Positions 13,072-28,246 of a stretch of DNA of 64,000 bases are shown one piece after another; position 1 is the first letter of the stretch; each line of letters starts with the position of its first letter. Under the pieces are notes generated by a model. The model worked only from the letters and a program-made list of their open reading frames with translations, made no database searches and had not been told where the DNA came from. This DNA is from Octopus vulgaris (lineage: Eukaryota): positions 84,382,001 through 84,446,000 of the forward strand of contig OX597825.1 in assembly GCA_951406725.2 (NCBI GenBank), read 5' to 3'. The translations under genes were made by a program, and so were the position numbers.

Positions 13072-13117
<46 letters not shown>

Positions 13118-13350
13118 ATGAGCACCTGTGTGTGCGCGCGTGTGTTTGTGTCTGTGTTTGTCCTCCACCACCGCTTGACAACTGGTGCTGGTTTATTTAC
13201 GTCCATGTCACTAAGTAGTTCAGCAAGAATAACCTGGTCTTTAAAAATAAGTCCTGGTGGTGGGGGGGGGAGTGAGGGAGATTGATTAGACTAAAAGTTC
13301 TCTTCAGGGTGGTGCTCCGTCATGGGCGCAGTATAATGACTGTATCAGAT
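12945..13350 (+). mobile_element. tRNA-derived SINE family B with internal (TA)(TG) microsatellite
   Basis: B-box-like ggttctgggttcagtccc head, internal microsatellite, 3' body ending ggtgctcc..catggg/ccgcagt..atgactg; reverse copies at 22903-23003, 27420-27743, 38470-38660, 42055-42300. Confidence 0.75.
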
Positions 13351-13793
13351 AAATGTTAAATTCGAAGTTCAGTGTGTGACGCGGAAACATGACTGTCGAC
13401 TTCAACAATAACCACAACTAATAACATTACTGCTGCTGCTGCTGGTAGCAACAACATCAACAACAGCAACAATAATAATAATGATTTCACATTTATACAC
13501 AAGGTCAGCAATTTCAGCACAGGGTACGTATTTCGAGTGTACTTGTACTGATACGTATTTCGATAAAATACGTATCAGTAAATAACTGGTACGTATTTTA
13601 TCGAAGCCAAAAGTTGACGCAAACGAGATCTGAACTTGAAAGGTGAAGCTGTTGAAGAAAAGACTCAAACTATTCGTTTCCTTGCAATCCGACTTTTTCT
13701 GACATCTCCGAACACTTTCGCAATTTAATAATCCCAGCTTCTTAACCTCCTAACTATGTAAACCACATGATTATGTTCAGAAATATATAATTA

Positions 13794-14123
13794 CTAGCTG
13801 ACCTTGTATTAAATAAGCATATCATTAAAGACTATTCTATCGATTTTGTTGAAATTTTACACCTGAAAAACTGCAAAAGCTGCAAGAAAGATAACATCGT
13901 TATGGGGATTTCCATTCGAACGCCAGATTGAGCTCACAAAAATCGATGCCAACTAGGCATTATCGAGCTTTCGAAAAATTCCGGCCTCATTTGAACTTCA
14001 GGCATGTGATCTACCTCTGTGACAAAAATGATTAAAATCGGTTGGACGGAGTGGGAGGAGTTAGAATAACCCCAACACACACAATCAGACAGACAGACAC
14101 CACTATAAATTTATGTATACAGA
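13794..14123 (-). mobile_element. Non-autonomous Helitron-like element
   Basis: Minus strand begins A|TCtgtatacataaa..gtctgtctgtctg..ccaaccgatttt and ends ggtcagCTAG|T (TC..CTAG termini in an AT target, no TSD); subterminal hairpin not clear. Confidence 0.55.
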
Positions 14124-14794
14124 TATTCACAACAAAACAACAATACAGCAATGTTGAGAATGGTTTTATATTGAGGATAAATTTGTAATATTGTCGAGTT
14201 ACAAAGGCTACGGGGATAAAATATAGGCTATTTCTATGCAGAAAACCCAAAATATTGTAATTATTTTTTATCATATATACAAAATTAAAATGATCATACA
14301 TACATACAACAAGAGTTTTCATAAACAAGAGCTTTCATGCTTCATCCATTGAACCGTTGTAACTCTCCGATATAACCAATTTCAGCATTAGTATATAGTC
14401 AGAGCCAAGCCCAAGCACATTAGTATACGGCTAGTTTGTCTACAGATGACATGTGCGATTACATATTTTATACACATCAAATATGTCAGATATTCTTATC
14501 CAGCTGAAATAATGTTTCCCAAACTATTTCTTATTGAATGATGTTTCACATTCAGATGAACTACCTGCTCTCCATTTATTGCTCTCTAATAACTATCTCT
14601 GCGTCACACCCTCTATTTCCCTCCCTCCCCCTCTCTCTCTCTTTCTCTTTCTCTCTGGCTGTGAATATATGAATGTATGTTACGTACGTATCTTTTTCTC
14701 TCTCCACACGTATACTCATATACACACATGTACAGTGTCAATGAACCTTATGTGTATGTTTATATCTATATATGCACATATATACAGGTATAAT

Positions 14795-14834
<40 letters not shown>

Positions 14835-14909
14835 CATACTTATATACATATGTGTGTATATATTTATTCATAGGATCATATATGTAAATAAAACGTGTTT
14901 TATATACAT

Positions 14910-14962
<53 letters not shown>

Positions 14963-15026
14963 CTGACATGATATATAATTTATTATATGATGTATCTACG
15001 CTATTGTCGTCTATGGCTGTGTATGC

Positions 15027-15057
<31 letters not shown>

Positions 15058-15599
15058 CGTGTGCATGTATATATGCCTCTATACTAATGCCTTTCATATA
15101 TGTATATAGTTCTATATTAATGTAATCTTGTGTGCGTGCGTGTGTATGTGTGCGTTTGTGTGTGAATGCTTCCTTAGTGCTGTACATCTGTGTTATTGTG
15201 TATACATCTATCTATCTATACATATGTATATATATATATATGCAAAACGTATCATGCTATATATATATACAGCATCATCATCATAATGAACATCACTATT
15301 GCAATTATTACCGACCGCTACATAGGCATCATTTACTAATGCAGTCGATATAGCCGTACATACACATACACACACATATAGATACACACACACACAATCA
15401 AGCACACAGAGACATAGTCATATATATTAAACCTGAACCAAAAAAAATACGAAAAATTCTACAACAAATACACAAAGCCTTTGATGTTAGATGAACGCTA
15501 GACCGATATTCTGTTATACTGATCTTCTGATATTCCGATATGCTGATATTTTCATATTCTCATCTCTACATTCTTTACTCCATTTTTTTATATTTTCTC

Positions 15600-15604
15600 T
15601 CTTT

Positions 15605-15657
<53 letters not shown>

Positions 15658-15730
15658 GCTACTGCTGCAGCTGCTGCTGCTGGTGCCGCTACTCATTGTT
15701 ATTACTATCATCACTAATATTTCTATCGCT

Positions 15731-15768
<38 letters not shown>

Positions 15769-15815
15769 TATTATCATCATCATCATCATTATTATTATTA
15801 CTACTACTACTACTA

Positions 15816-15867
<52 letters not shown>

Positions 15868-15983
15868 CATTATTATTATTATTATTTTCTGATATTAGTC
15901 TGCTCTCTTCATAGTGGTTTAGATTGTGGGCTACGGCGATCACGTTTTTTCTCTATTAATATCATTATTATTATTTCTCTTCC

Positions 15984-16055
<72 letters not shown>

Positions 16056-16078
16056 CATCATCATCATTATTATTATTA

Positions 16079-16116
<38 letters not shown>

Positions 16117-16190
16117 GCTATTATTATTATTATTATTATTATCATCATTATTATTATTATTGCTATTATTATTATTATTATTAATATTAC

Positions 16191-16262
<72 letters not shown>

Positions 16263-16310
16263 TATTATTATTATTATTGTTGTTGTTGTGCCTGTTGTTG
16301 TTGTTATTGT
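15600..16310. repeat. Compound trinucleotide microsatellite (CTA)(CTG)(ATC)(ATT)(GTT)
   Basis: Direct reading; source of the poly-L/I/N/S ORFs. Confidence 0.95.
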
Positions 16311-16599
16311 ACACAAACAAGACCTGACTTTTGGTTTATTATATGATGCTACAATAGTCGCGGGTGGAGGTCGCGGGAGGAGTTTGGTAGCCAGTGATGT
16401 TTGTGACAATCTTTTATCATGTTTATGCTTATATAAACGTTGTGTTTGTGGTAATGCCTTCCAATTCTTTTAGCTCTGGTTGTTTCTTTTATATTTTCCA
16501 TCAAACCGAATTGTTATTCCTGAGGCTGGACATTTTATTTTGGAGTTTCTTTGTTTCATCCTTGTCATATTTCTTAGCTTTTCTGATGCGGTTTTCAAG

Positions 16600-17780
<1,181 letters not shown>

Positions 17781-19064
17781 GATGCAGTATCCACCCCTCC
17801 CTACCCGCATATGCTGATTGTTTTGATGCGCATGCTCTGAGCAAACCAGGGAAACAAAACCGTTTTTTTTTTTTCATGTCAATGACTCTAATCCAATGAA
17901 ATTACTCGCTACGATTCACTTCGAATCTCACTCGCTCTCTTTCCGCCTCTCTGCCTCTCACCTTCTCTCTTTCATTCTTTCTCTCCCTCTCCCTCCCTCT
18001 TTCTCACTCACATACTCACACACAAGCACTCGGAAACACAACGTCAAAATGTCGAATTACATTTTACTACTTGGTGGACAGAATGTTTTACATTCTACAA
18101 TAAAACGAAGCAAATAAACTTCAATAGTGTATAATTAAAGAATTAAACAAACTGATGTAGCCTACCATTCTCGTTTTCTTTTCTTTTTGTTTGTTTGTTT
18201 TTGTTTGCCCTCTTCCTTGTTTGACCCGATCGAGAAGACGCCATGAAATACACATACATACGCAAACAAATATATACACACTGAAAGGTAGATACATGAA
18301 CACACACACAAAAACACACACACATTCACGTGCATATACATTCGTGCACACATACATACACACAGACATATACACACGTGAACATATACATATGCACAGA
18401 CAGGTCCAAACATATATACTTACATATATACATACGCAGAAGGACCCTCACTTAGAGTATACGAACACGATAAGACAGTATATTTTAACTTTTATTTTCG
18501 ACTTGAGATCTTGTAAACACAATTAAAACCGCTAATTGTTTTAATTGGCAATGTTATGTAAGAAAGCCACAGGAGACGAAGAGCGAGGCAGACACAAACT
18601 TACCACTATACACAAATACCTAGAGACGTGTGCAATCAGTCTCAGATACAGAACGAGCCACACACACAAACACATACGCTCACGAATGTCGATGCAAACC
18701 ATAACAACATAATTTAACGCTTTCTCGTCACTTCTGCATACGCGGTCAAACACAAACATATACGCACATTTCAACACTCACATACACAGAAGTATGGGTC
18801 TAGTATATTTAGCATAATGTTGACGGCAGAGATAACGATGGAGACGATGCTCCAAGAAGTGTGTATCGTTATGCTAAAACAAGAAGTCAAGTGTCCCTCA
18901 CATCATGCACTACCACCAGCAATAATTTGGTGAACGTGTAATTCCTTGTTTTTATATGTTTGTTAGTGTCTGAGTGTGCATCAGCTTGTGTCTGGGTGTG
19001 TTTACACACACACACACACACACACACATACACACACACATACACACACACACACACAAATATA

Positions 19065-19192
19065 TTTCCACAGCCCAGTGAAGTAGAGCAACATAACGTA
19101 AAGTGTCTTGTTCAATAACACAATATAGCTGGACCTGGGAATCGAACTCACTAACTCATAATTGTGAGGCCGACGCTGTAACAATTGAGCCA
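19065..19192 (-). mobile_element. tRNA-headed SINE family D, 5' part
   Basis: Minus strand tggctcaattgttacagcgtcgg..gagttcgattcccagg..gaacaagacacttt; related to 45714-45745(+), 46890-47030(+), 51265-51508(-). Confidence 0.6.
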
Positions 19193-19604
19193 GGAGTGGA
19201 GACAAGATCTACAAGATTGTACTGGCATCGCGTCGTATTTGCCGTAATAAGGAAATCAAACCGAATAGGCACAGCTTCCACCCACATATTTGTATGTGTA
19301 TATATATGGGTGTAATTGTCTGTGTGTATTTAGCTGCGTATGCATAAATGTATTTCCGGAAAAGAATTACCATCAGTTCACAGGCAAAGAGCAGAAGCTC
19401 ATATTGTTGCCATCTCTTAATATCGTTCAATACAGCAATATTAAATCATGTCCTATGTACATACTTTAGTTCTTAACTCTGAAATAATGTTCATGCGTCT
19501 TATGAACAGAATCTGTAAATAACAATAACCGATATAATGGTTGGGTGGTTGGATGGTTTGTTGGTTGGTTAGTTAAACATTGCAGTCACATTCTAATGTA
19601 GCAT

Positions 19605-19643
<39 letters not shown>

Positions 19644-19954
19644 TACATATTTAACATAAAAAGTGTAGTGTGGATGCACACGTAAAGATTGGTGGCAGGC
19701 AATGAGTAAGGGAAGGCTATGCGGCTACGCAGAGAGAGAGAGAGAGGGTGGGGAGGGTAAAGAGAAAATTCTAGAGACTGATGAAGAAGAAGAGGAGGAC
19801 AAAGAGGTTATACAAATAAACAATGTGGTTTATTTGATTTTAATTTAAGGAAGAAAATATTTTTTAATGAAAATTATCAGTATTTTGGTATAAAAACCAA
19901 GAAATATGTTAATATTTAAATCATGATTAGTGCTTGTATATTATATTTTCTGGA

Positions 19955-20155
19955 GTTAACCATTGTAGACGGATGCCAAATTATGACCGTACCCGAGCAG
20001 GTCGCCCGAACACAACTTATGCAAATCTACTCGCCAGAAACATTGGTTACCTCCCCGAAGATCCCCTTCCCCTCAACTGATGCAGGACCAACCAAGATGG
20101 ATGCCGTGCGTGGATGAAAAATTTCCAAGCAAACCTGACCAAATGATGCTGCTCT
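19955..20155 (+). mobile_element. 3' end of an RTE-type LINE
   Basis: Translates (one frameshift) to MPNYDRTRAGRPNTTYANLLARNIGYLPED..MQDQPRW, the GRP..TY..MxDRxxW pattern of RTE-type C-termini, then a tgatgctgct tail. Confidence 0.65.
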
Positions 20156-22116
20156 ATGGTACGTATACTTCTAAATTTCCCCGCCAAATATTAAATAGCA
20201 ACTGTAGTACTTATATAACAGAGTTTATATTGCGACTAAGAAAAAAAAAATACCCAAAGCAAATCAAAAGAAAAGAAAAAAAGATATTTAGATGGAGAAA
20301 AGGAAAAGAAAACCATTTGGAAAGTACCAAGAATTGCAGAAAACCTGGAGTGAAAGTCAATCAACCAGCAGTGTGTATAAATAGTATACGAAGTTACAAT
20401 ATAAAAACCAACATTATATATTTCGTTCTCTGCAATCTGCCACTCAGCGATTGTAATGCTTGTTCTTCATTTAGATTTTTTTTATTTTCCTGGCTGGAAG
20501 TTCTATAAAATCTTTATTTTGATGCTTTATTTTCAGTTTCATGTTTCAGACAATTCTATGTCGAAAACGTCAAGAATATATCACTGATGGCAATTTCCAT
20601 TAAAAGTAAAACATTTGTCAATATTTACCAAAATATTCAGTGAGGCGCCGTTCGTGAATAGAAAAAAAAATTAAAGAACTCTTTTTATCATTCATAACTT
20701 CTGAATTATGGTTTGACTTAAGTTTAGCTTTTTATTTTGAAACTCTGGCTTAGAGATCGAGGTAAAGCAGCAATGAGACTGTGTTATTAGTCGATAACTT
20801 GCTGTAATTGGGGAAGAGTTGAAAAAGGTCAGTAGAGTGGTGGTTAGAATGCCTTAAAGTATTGGTTCTAGCTTTCTAAGATCTGAGTTCAAATGTGCTT
20901 CTTACTTTTTTGAGGTCGATAAATACGAGCGGTAGACGGCGGATTAGTAGAATTGTTCGAGCGCCGGTAGAGATGTATTTTGGAATCAGTTCTTCAGTTT
21001 CTTATCGGTATCCAAGGCCACGGTCACTCTATACCATCGCAATTGAAAAGATTGAAGAATGCCTATTTCCTCCATAAATATACGGGTAAGGGTAACTCAG
21101 GGTTTCATCTAGTAGTGGATGAAAAATAGCTGAAAGAAATGATCGCAGGTTTGATCACTGGATTATTTGTTTTCTTTTTTAAGGTGTCTGTGTGTCTCTC
21201 TGTATGAACATATTTGAGAGCAGATTAGAAAAAAGACATGTCGTAAGCTCGGTGGAGTGGGACAAACTCTGGCCAATTAAATGTAATATTATTTTTGTTG
21301 TTGTTGTTTTTAGAGTTCAAAGTTCAGATAGATTCGGATCGTGCAGGCCTATGGTAAAAGACGATCCAACCGTGGCCTTGTTTTCTTTGTAGTACATTGG
21401 GAAATACACTGAACTGTAAACTCTTAAAAAATGTTTAAAATGTTCAGTTTTGAGAGAGATTTACCTACTATCTCTAGCATGTTGCTTGACCACATAGAGG
21501 TTTCTTGGCTTCAATTTTCATGTATGATATCCTGAGTGTATAGCCACCCCAAACAACCAGATCTAAGGGTGAAGAGTTATGGTCAAAGGAATTTCGCTTT
21601 TGACCATTCAGTCTTAATTTTCGACATGTTTATGACTGGACATACATTTTATAAAATTGCCTTGCTGGCATCGTTCTGTCATAAATAACTGTGTTTTATA
21701 CTGACTTCGTTGGAATAAATGCATAAAAACCATATTTTTCTATGTTTAATCCTCATAAAACACTTTCCGTTTGAAAGGTAGAAATCCCGACATCCTACAC
21801 AATGGTTGATTGCCACCGTTGATATATCTAAGAATATTTGTGATGCAAACGAAATTAGATAGTTTCAAGACTGCTCATTGTTAACTTGTGTAATACTCAA
21901 ATGTGATGGAAAAAAATCTTTTACAGAATTTAATAAACAATTTTATATCAAATAATCAAGTTTTTTCGAAATCCAATTAAATATTCTATATTTCAATATA
22001 TATAATTTGAAAACGAATCTGTAAATTAAAAGCAAATGCATAATTTTGAAGCAAACACAATGAGGATACGTACATAATTCTGTGTCCTACTTATATAGTA
22101 ATTATATAAAACCTAT

Positions 22117-22902
22117 TTATCTGGCCATCCCATAAGTTCTGTCCGATTTTACCTTTTTTAAAAGTGAATGAAATTTAATAGTATTTTAGAATGTCTAATG
22201 GAATTAAGAATTATTTTTATGCATTTGTGTATATTTAAACTAATCAAATATTATTTTACAGAATAATAGAATTAAAATGTCTTTGATTGAAATCCTTTCT
22301 AACATGGAAGTATCCAAAGAGCATTTAAGGCAACATAATGCTTTAAGGAAACTCTGTAGCCGAAGGAACTCGAAACATACACTTAGTTTATGGGAAAGAA
22401 TTCTCGAATGAAAGAACTTGCAGAAGATGGTTTGCAAAATTCATAGGTGGAGATTTCAGTCTTGAAGATGAAGATCAAACAGGACGGCCGGTTGAGTTTG
22501 ATGATAAGCTCCTTGAAGCATTACCTGAAGAAAATTTTGCATTATCAGTTGAAGAATTGGCAACAAGGCTTAGTTCAAACCATACAACTATTCATCGCCA
22601 TCGTCAACAACTTGGAAGGGTTCCTAACCTTGGAAAATGGGTACCTCATGAATTGTCCGAAAGCAACCGCAAATTCCGAGTTGACATCTGCTCTTCACTC
22701 CATTCTCGCAAACTCATTTCACCCTTTTTGGATAAACTTGTGACTGGTGACGAAAAATGGATCTTCTATCGAAATGTTAAACGGTGTAAACGGCGGTTTG
22801 GTAAAAGGGAAAAGGCTCAACCACAACCGAAAAGGGAACTTCATGGAAAAACGATTCTTCTCTGTATCTGGTGGGATTGCAAAGGAGTAATTCACTTTGA
22901 CA
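22117..22902 (+). mobile_element. Mariner (DD34D-type) DNA transposon, 3'-truncated
   Basis: TIR-like tatctggccatcccataagttctgtccgatttt at ~22118. Transposase from ~22304 (MEVSKEHLR..ERTCRRWFAKF..GDFSLEDE..GRP..KWVPHEL..FLDKLVTGDEKWIFY..LLCIWWDCKGVIHF). Broken off at a SINE head. Confidence 0.92.
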
Positions 22903-23003
22903 CAGGCTATAGAAGACAATTTCCGATGTGTCACGCAGTGGGACTGAACCCGGAACCATGTGGTTAGCAAGCAAACAACTTTGCACACCGCCACGTCTGC
23001 GCC
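22903..23003 (-). mobile_element. SINE family B tRNA head at the mariner breakpoint
   Basis: Minus strand aggcgcagacgtggcggtgtg..ctaaccacatggttccgggttcagtcccactgcgtg. Confidence 0.8.
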
Positions 23004-23595
23004 TATATATTAATGTAGCTCTATTGTTTAAACCGAAATTTCCGTGGTTGAAAACGTTGGAATCCGAAAAAAAAAAAGAAACAAGCAAAGCAGGAATGGA
23101 GGTGGGTTCGATCCATCGACCAACTCAACACATTCCATCATGACTTCCTCAAGTTCGTCTGCCGGCTAAATAACCACCTCTGCATATTTTCCTCTTTTGT
23201 TATGTTGCTAAAAGCTAACCGACCGTAAAAGAAAAAAAAAGTGTATAAAATTAAAACTGGCAAAATTGAAGAACGAAATACAAGGGAGAAATCTGTTTAG
23301 AGTGTCCCCAACGTATTGATAAATGATTAGAAATTATTGACCCAAGAATCGGTAAATGATATCTGTATATATCTTAGTTATGAATTCGAATAAGAGGTGG
23401 GACAGCGGACATCTCCTGTCCACTTGGACATCGGTACAGAGAGAAGTGAGGTCTGAGAATCAGTATAATGACAGACACACATATATGGACGCGCGCGGAG
23501 ACACACACACACACACACACATGAACACACACATTCTCTCTCATATGTATATATTATATATACCGATATATATCTATATCTATCTTTTTCTCTTA

Positions 23596-23702
<107 letters not shown>

Positions 23703-23756
23703 CATACATACATATATACATATATATATGCATGTATATATATACATATATATATG

Positions 23757-23847
<91 letters not shown>

Positions 23848-24341
23848 ATGATTGCAGCGAATGAATAAACAGAGAGAGAGTGGGGGAGAGAGAGAAAGAC
23901 AGTTATATACCTGATATTAACAGTTCCTAAAGTTTACGCTGTTCGGGTTTGTGTATCGAACTACTTGGTACCATGATTTGGTAACTTCCACTTCCAACGC
24001 ATAATTCTTCTCTCACCATAATTGAATCGATGAATCAAAATATTGGATTATTCTATCGAAAAAGCATAATCCATATAGTATTTTGGTTGTTGATTCTATG
24101 ACTTACAGCCATTTTTTTTTCTTTCATTTATTTCTTCACCTCTCGTCTCCATTATTTCCAGTTTTACTAAGAATACTAAACGCTCGCTTCTGCTGCCAGG
24201 AAGTGCTTATGTATTCCAAAGAATTGGTTCTTACATAATTGACACTATCACAACAAAAACAGAATAGTCTACCTGATTGGTATGCATTACAACAATCGGC
24301 AGAAACGACTAACCCAGTGAGGTCCATTTGTTATGAAATTC

Positions 24342-24396
<55 letters not shown>

Positions 24397-27300
24397 ATAT
24401 ACTTAATGCATTCATACGTACATAGATATATATATATAGATATATATATATGTGTGTGTGTGTGTGTATGTATATATTCACACTCACAAACACACATATA
24501 TGCATTTATACAATTTGTACTGACAGTGTTTTTACATATACACATATACACACACAAGCATATATATATATATATACGTAAATATATATGTATATATTTA
24601 TATAAGCACAAGCTTGCATATATACATACAGATTTATATGCATGTGTGTATGTGTGTGTGTGTGTATGTATGTGTGTGTGTGTGTGCGTTCGCGTGTGTT
24701 TCATTGCAAAGCATAAGGTTATGCACGACAAAGAAAGGAAAGATGTGTCTACAGGTTAGTTCAATCCACCGAAATCTGTTCTATTGTAAGACAATAATCT
24801 CTTACAGCAAATTCCCTGTCGGCTTTAAAATGAAGAAACCTCATATTTTAATACCTGAATGTATTAATAATATAACATCATGTGTCATAGTATGAGTAGA
24901 GTAGTCACCGATAGAAATATTGAGTGAATAGAATACCCTATTGGTCAGGAGTGTCTGAGAAAAATAGGCTTATTCAAGCAGAGTTGATCGTGCAAAATAT
25001 AATTTCTGAAAAACATACGCAAAGGCGAAATTTTACCTCCTCCGAATCGAAATGTGAATACAATAGATCCGAACTACACCATTTTCTATGTTCCTTTATC
25101 AAGAATTCCTTCTATTAAACAGTTTAAGCGTGTTAATCCTAGTTGTGTGAGGGACTCGCTGTCGGGGTATGAAGTTAGAAGTTGATGGTGGATGTGTCAG
25201 TTCGCTATTTAATGGTTTTGTTTACATCATGCACATTCTACATCACCTAATGTAGTTTTGTATAAAGAATAAATGAATAAATAAATAAAACGAAGTAGAA
25301 CTGCATTCTACTATATTGGTATGTCTTATATCGGTTGATACATTTTAGTTCAAATCTCTAGGAGATAACTAATTTTTCTGAGTCTATTGTGAGGTAAAAA
25401 GAAACCCGTAGCAAGTCGAGGAGTCGTTGCTAACGTATTTAGGTAAGTCAGCTGTGACCTCTAAGACTTAGTGTGACGTAATAAGTTTTTGTAGAGGAGT
25501 AAATTAAAGCTGAGATCTTCATGCTTTTCTTCATGCTCTTAGTGATTGATTTAAAGTGAACTCGATACACAGAATTCATATGATAGAGGAAATTGTGTCG
25601 AATTGACTTACTGTGGTTTAGATATCATGCCTTTGATAGTAAAAAAATATTTCTGGACACCCATGGAAGATCCGTCGATTGACAGAGTACATTAACCTAT
25701 TAGATATACTTAAGCTATCCAAGATCATTCATTTCAGTTTTTAGATCAAATCGTAACGAATTTAATGCCGCCTTCCTTCTTCCTTCTAGAATCGATAATA
25801 ACCTAATCAAGTACTGAGGCTGATATTATCGAATATTTTCCTCTCAATGCGCGGATTTGTGCCTTCGTAAGAGATCAATATTTCATAATAGGCAGACATC
25901 TTCCGGCATGGCTTTTTACCGTTTGAAATGAAATCCTGCCGTGGTCAGCCTCGCTTTTGATTCTTACGGGGGTCAAATAAATAATGGAACAGACAATTAT
26001 TGAGGGTTTGATTCAAATTTCTTTACTCTCCGAAAATATTCGGACCATGTGCCTATATTATAAATCAATATTCGTTTAATTTTAAATATGGTTCTTTTAT
26101 TTTTTTTCTGAAACCGTGTTTTATTGGCCGCAAGTTTTACGATTAGGAAGTACTTTTGATTAGTCACAGCAGCCTTTCTTATAAATAGAAGTTTTGAAGA
26201 GTGACTGTGATTTTGCACCTCCCCTAAGGTCATTAAGTAGGTTAATAAATTACAAAATAAATAAATAAATTAATTAATAATAGTTCAACTAACTCCAGCT
26301 TGCGATCTTATTCTCCGATGGAGCAGGGGCTTATCTCTTCCTCTCAAGTTTTACAAACGACAGACTTCATAAAATAAATAACACACAAACACGAAAAGAA
26401 AACAAAACCTAAATTGCATGTGCAAAAGCAGCGGTAAATTTTCGAAAGGTCAGATCGATATATGATTTATCTGTGTCTAATCTATTCCTCATTAAACAGT
26501 ATTTGGTAAGAAAACTTAATTACAAATGTGTGATATCTCACATTCGAACTTAAAGCTCTCTTCAGTTTCCACTTGCATTTCTAGTGCCATTTGATGTCAT
26601 ATTCATATCTTTCCCTTTCATCTTTTATTATCGCCCACCATGTTTTTTTTTGGTTTTTTTTTCAGGTACATCTTCCCTCCGATCAAATTTCTCTTCAAAC
26701 TTTTTTCGATATAAAAATAAAAATGCAATTGAGAATAAACAAATAAAATAAGAAATAAGAAATACAAAATGAAAAAAAAAATGAAAGTGTTATTTTTGTT
26801 ATTTTGAAAACTTAGTATTTTAAAACGTTTAAGGTATTATGAATTATTGATTAATAAAAATGAGTTCAAATCGTTAGAATCGATCCGAGTTCACGCCTGC
26901 CTTTTTTATATTATTGATCCTATTTATTGTTTCGCTGTTTAAACGGAATAATATTACCAAAATCTCATATCTATTTAAAACAATTAACCCGTTGAAGTTG
27001 ACGACCACCAAACTTTGAAATTCGCTATTTCATGCTCTGTTTTTCAAATTCTGCAGTTCATTAATTGTACATAGACATGAAGCAAATCAAATACACAGAC
27101 ACACATCAATACATTCCTTATTTCTGACATCGATGAAACACGTAGCATATAATATACAGAATTCTACTTAACTCATTATTAACGCGTGTTCTTGAACAAA
27201 AGAAAGAAATGAAGTACGATCTAGGAACCTAAAAGACATGATGTTTCTGTATCCAGCTAATTCATCCACACGTTTAGTAAAAGTTATTAGCATAGCACAT

Positions 27301-27419
27301 AATTCTTACTCGCCATCTTACAGAATTGCCTGTAAATAAATATATTTCGTGTAGGCGTTTGTCAGGATAATTACAATGCCTATCTTCAAAATTTTTAATA
27401 TCTTTTTGCCATATATTTG

Positions 27420-27743
27420 TTCCAGTAATTAGATTGCGACCATGCTGTGGCATCGCCTAGAAGAACGTTCAGTCGAATGAATCTTAATCATTTTTTAAAA
27501 TCGCTTTTGCCGAACCGCTTGGTTACAGGTACGTAAACACATTAACGCCAGTTGCTAAGCGGTGGTGTGCGACAAGCACAGACAAAACACACACATGCAC
27601 GCGCGCGCAGGATGGGTTTTCAGTTTCCATCTATCAAAACCGCTGATAAGTCTTTGGTCAACTCGAAGCTATAGTAGATGCCACGCAGTAGGAGTGAACC
27701 GGGAACCATGTGGTTGGGAAGCAAACTTCTTACCACATAGCCA
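27420..27743 (-). mobile_element. Near full-length SINE family B
   Basis: Reverse complement carries the same head (tggctatgtggtaagaagtttgcttcccaaccacatggttcccggttcac) and 3' body as 12945-13350. Confidence 0.8.
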
Positions 27744-27823
27744 GATAAAGTTCGAACAGCGACCTCTCGAGTTGAGAAAAATATTAATTGTATTATATAG
27801 ATTATATAATAATAGACTTTATC

Positions 27824-28246
27824 CAGTATAACCTCGCAGTACGAGAGCCCCGTTGTACGAGTAATTTGCTGTACGAACCGAGACTCATGCGAATTTTTGT
27901 CTTGAAGTATGAGCAGAAATGTGTAGTACGAGCACACAAATCGTCCCATCTTTAAGGTAATTCAGTTAATATAACCAGTTTACATATTTTTTTGCATTAT
28001 CTTTTTTAATAATTGTAATTTTACTTGTAACTACACCTATTCTGTTTTAAAAGACATAAAAAAATTATCTTCAAGTGGTTTTTGGGGAGGCTGGAACATA
28101 TTAATTATATGTTAGTTAAATTAGCTAATATATATAAATTAACTAACAATAACTAACAAGGGATAAAACTTGATTTGTAAAACGAGTAAATCGTAAGACG
28201 AGCTCGGTCTAGGAAGGAACTAAACTCATACTGCGAGGTATCACCG
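27824..28246. mobile_element. Pogo/Tigger-like MITE (~423 bp)
   Basis: Imperfect TIRs cagtataacctcgcagtacgag / ctcatactgcgaggtatcaccg, TA on the right flank, internal (t)acgag subrepeats, no coding capacity. Confidence 0.75.

Noticed and set aside
24161-24330. Exon after a strong polypyrimidine-AG acceptor
   Set aside because: All frames stop within ~35 codons and no partner exons are evident
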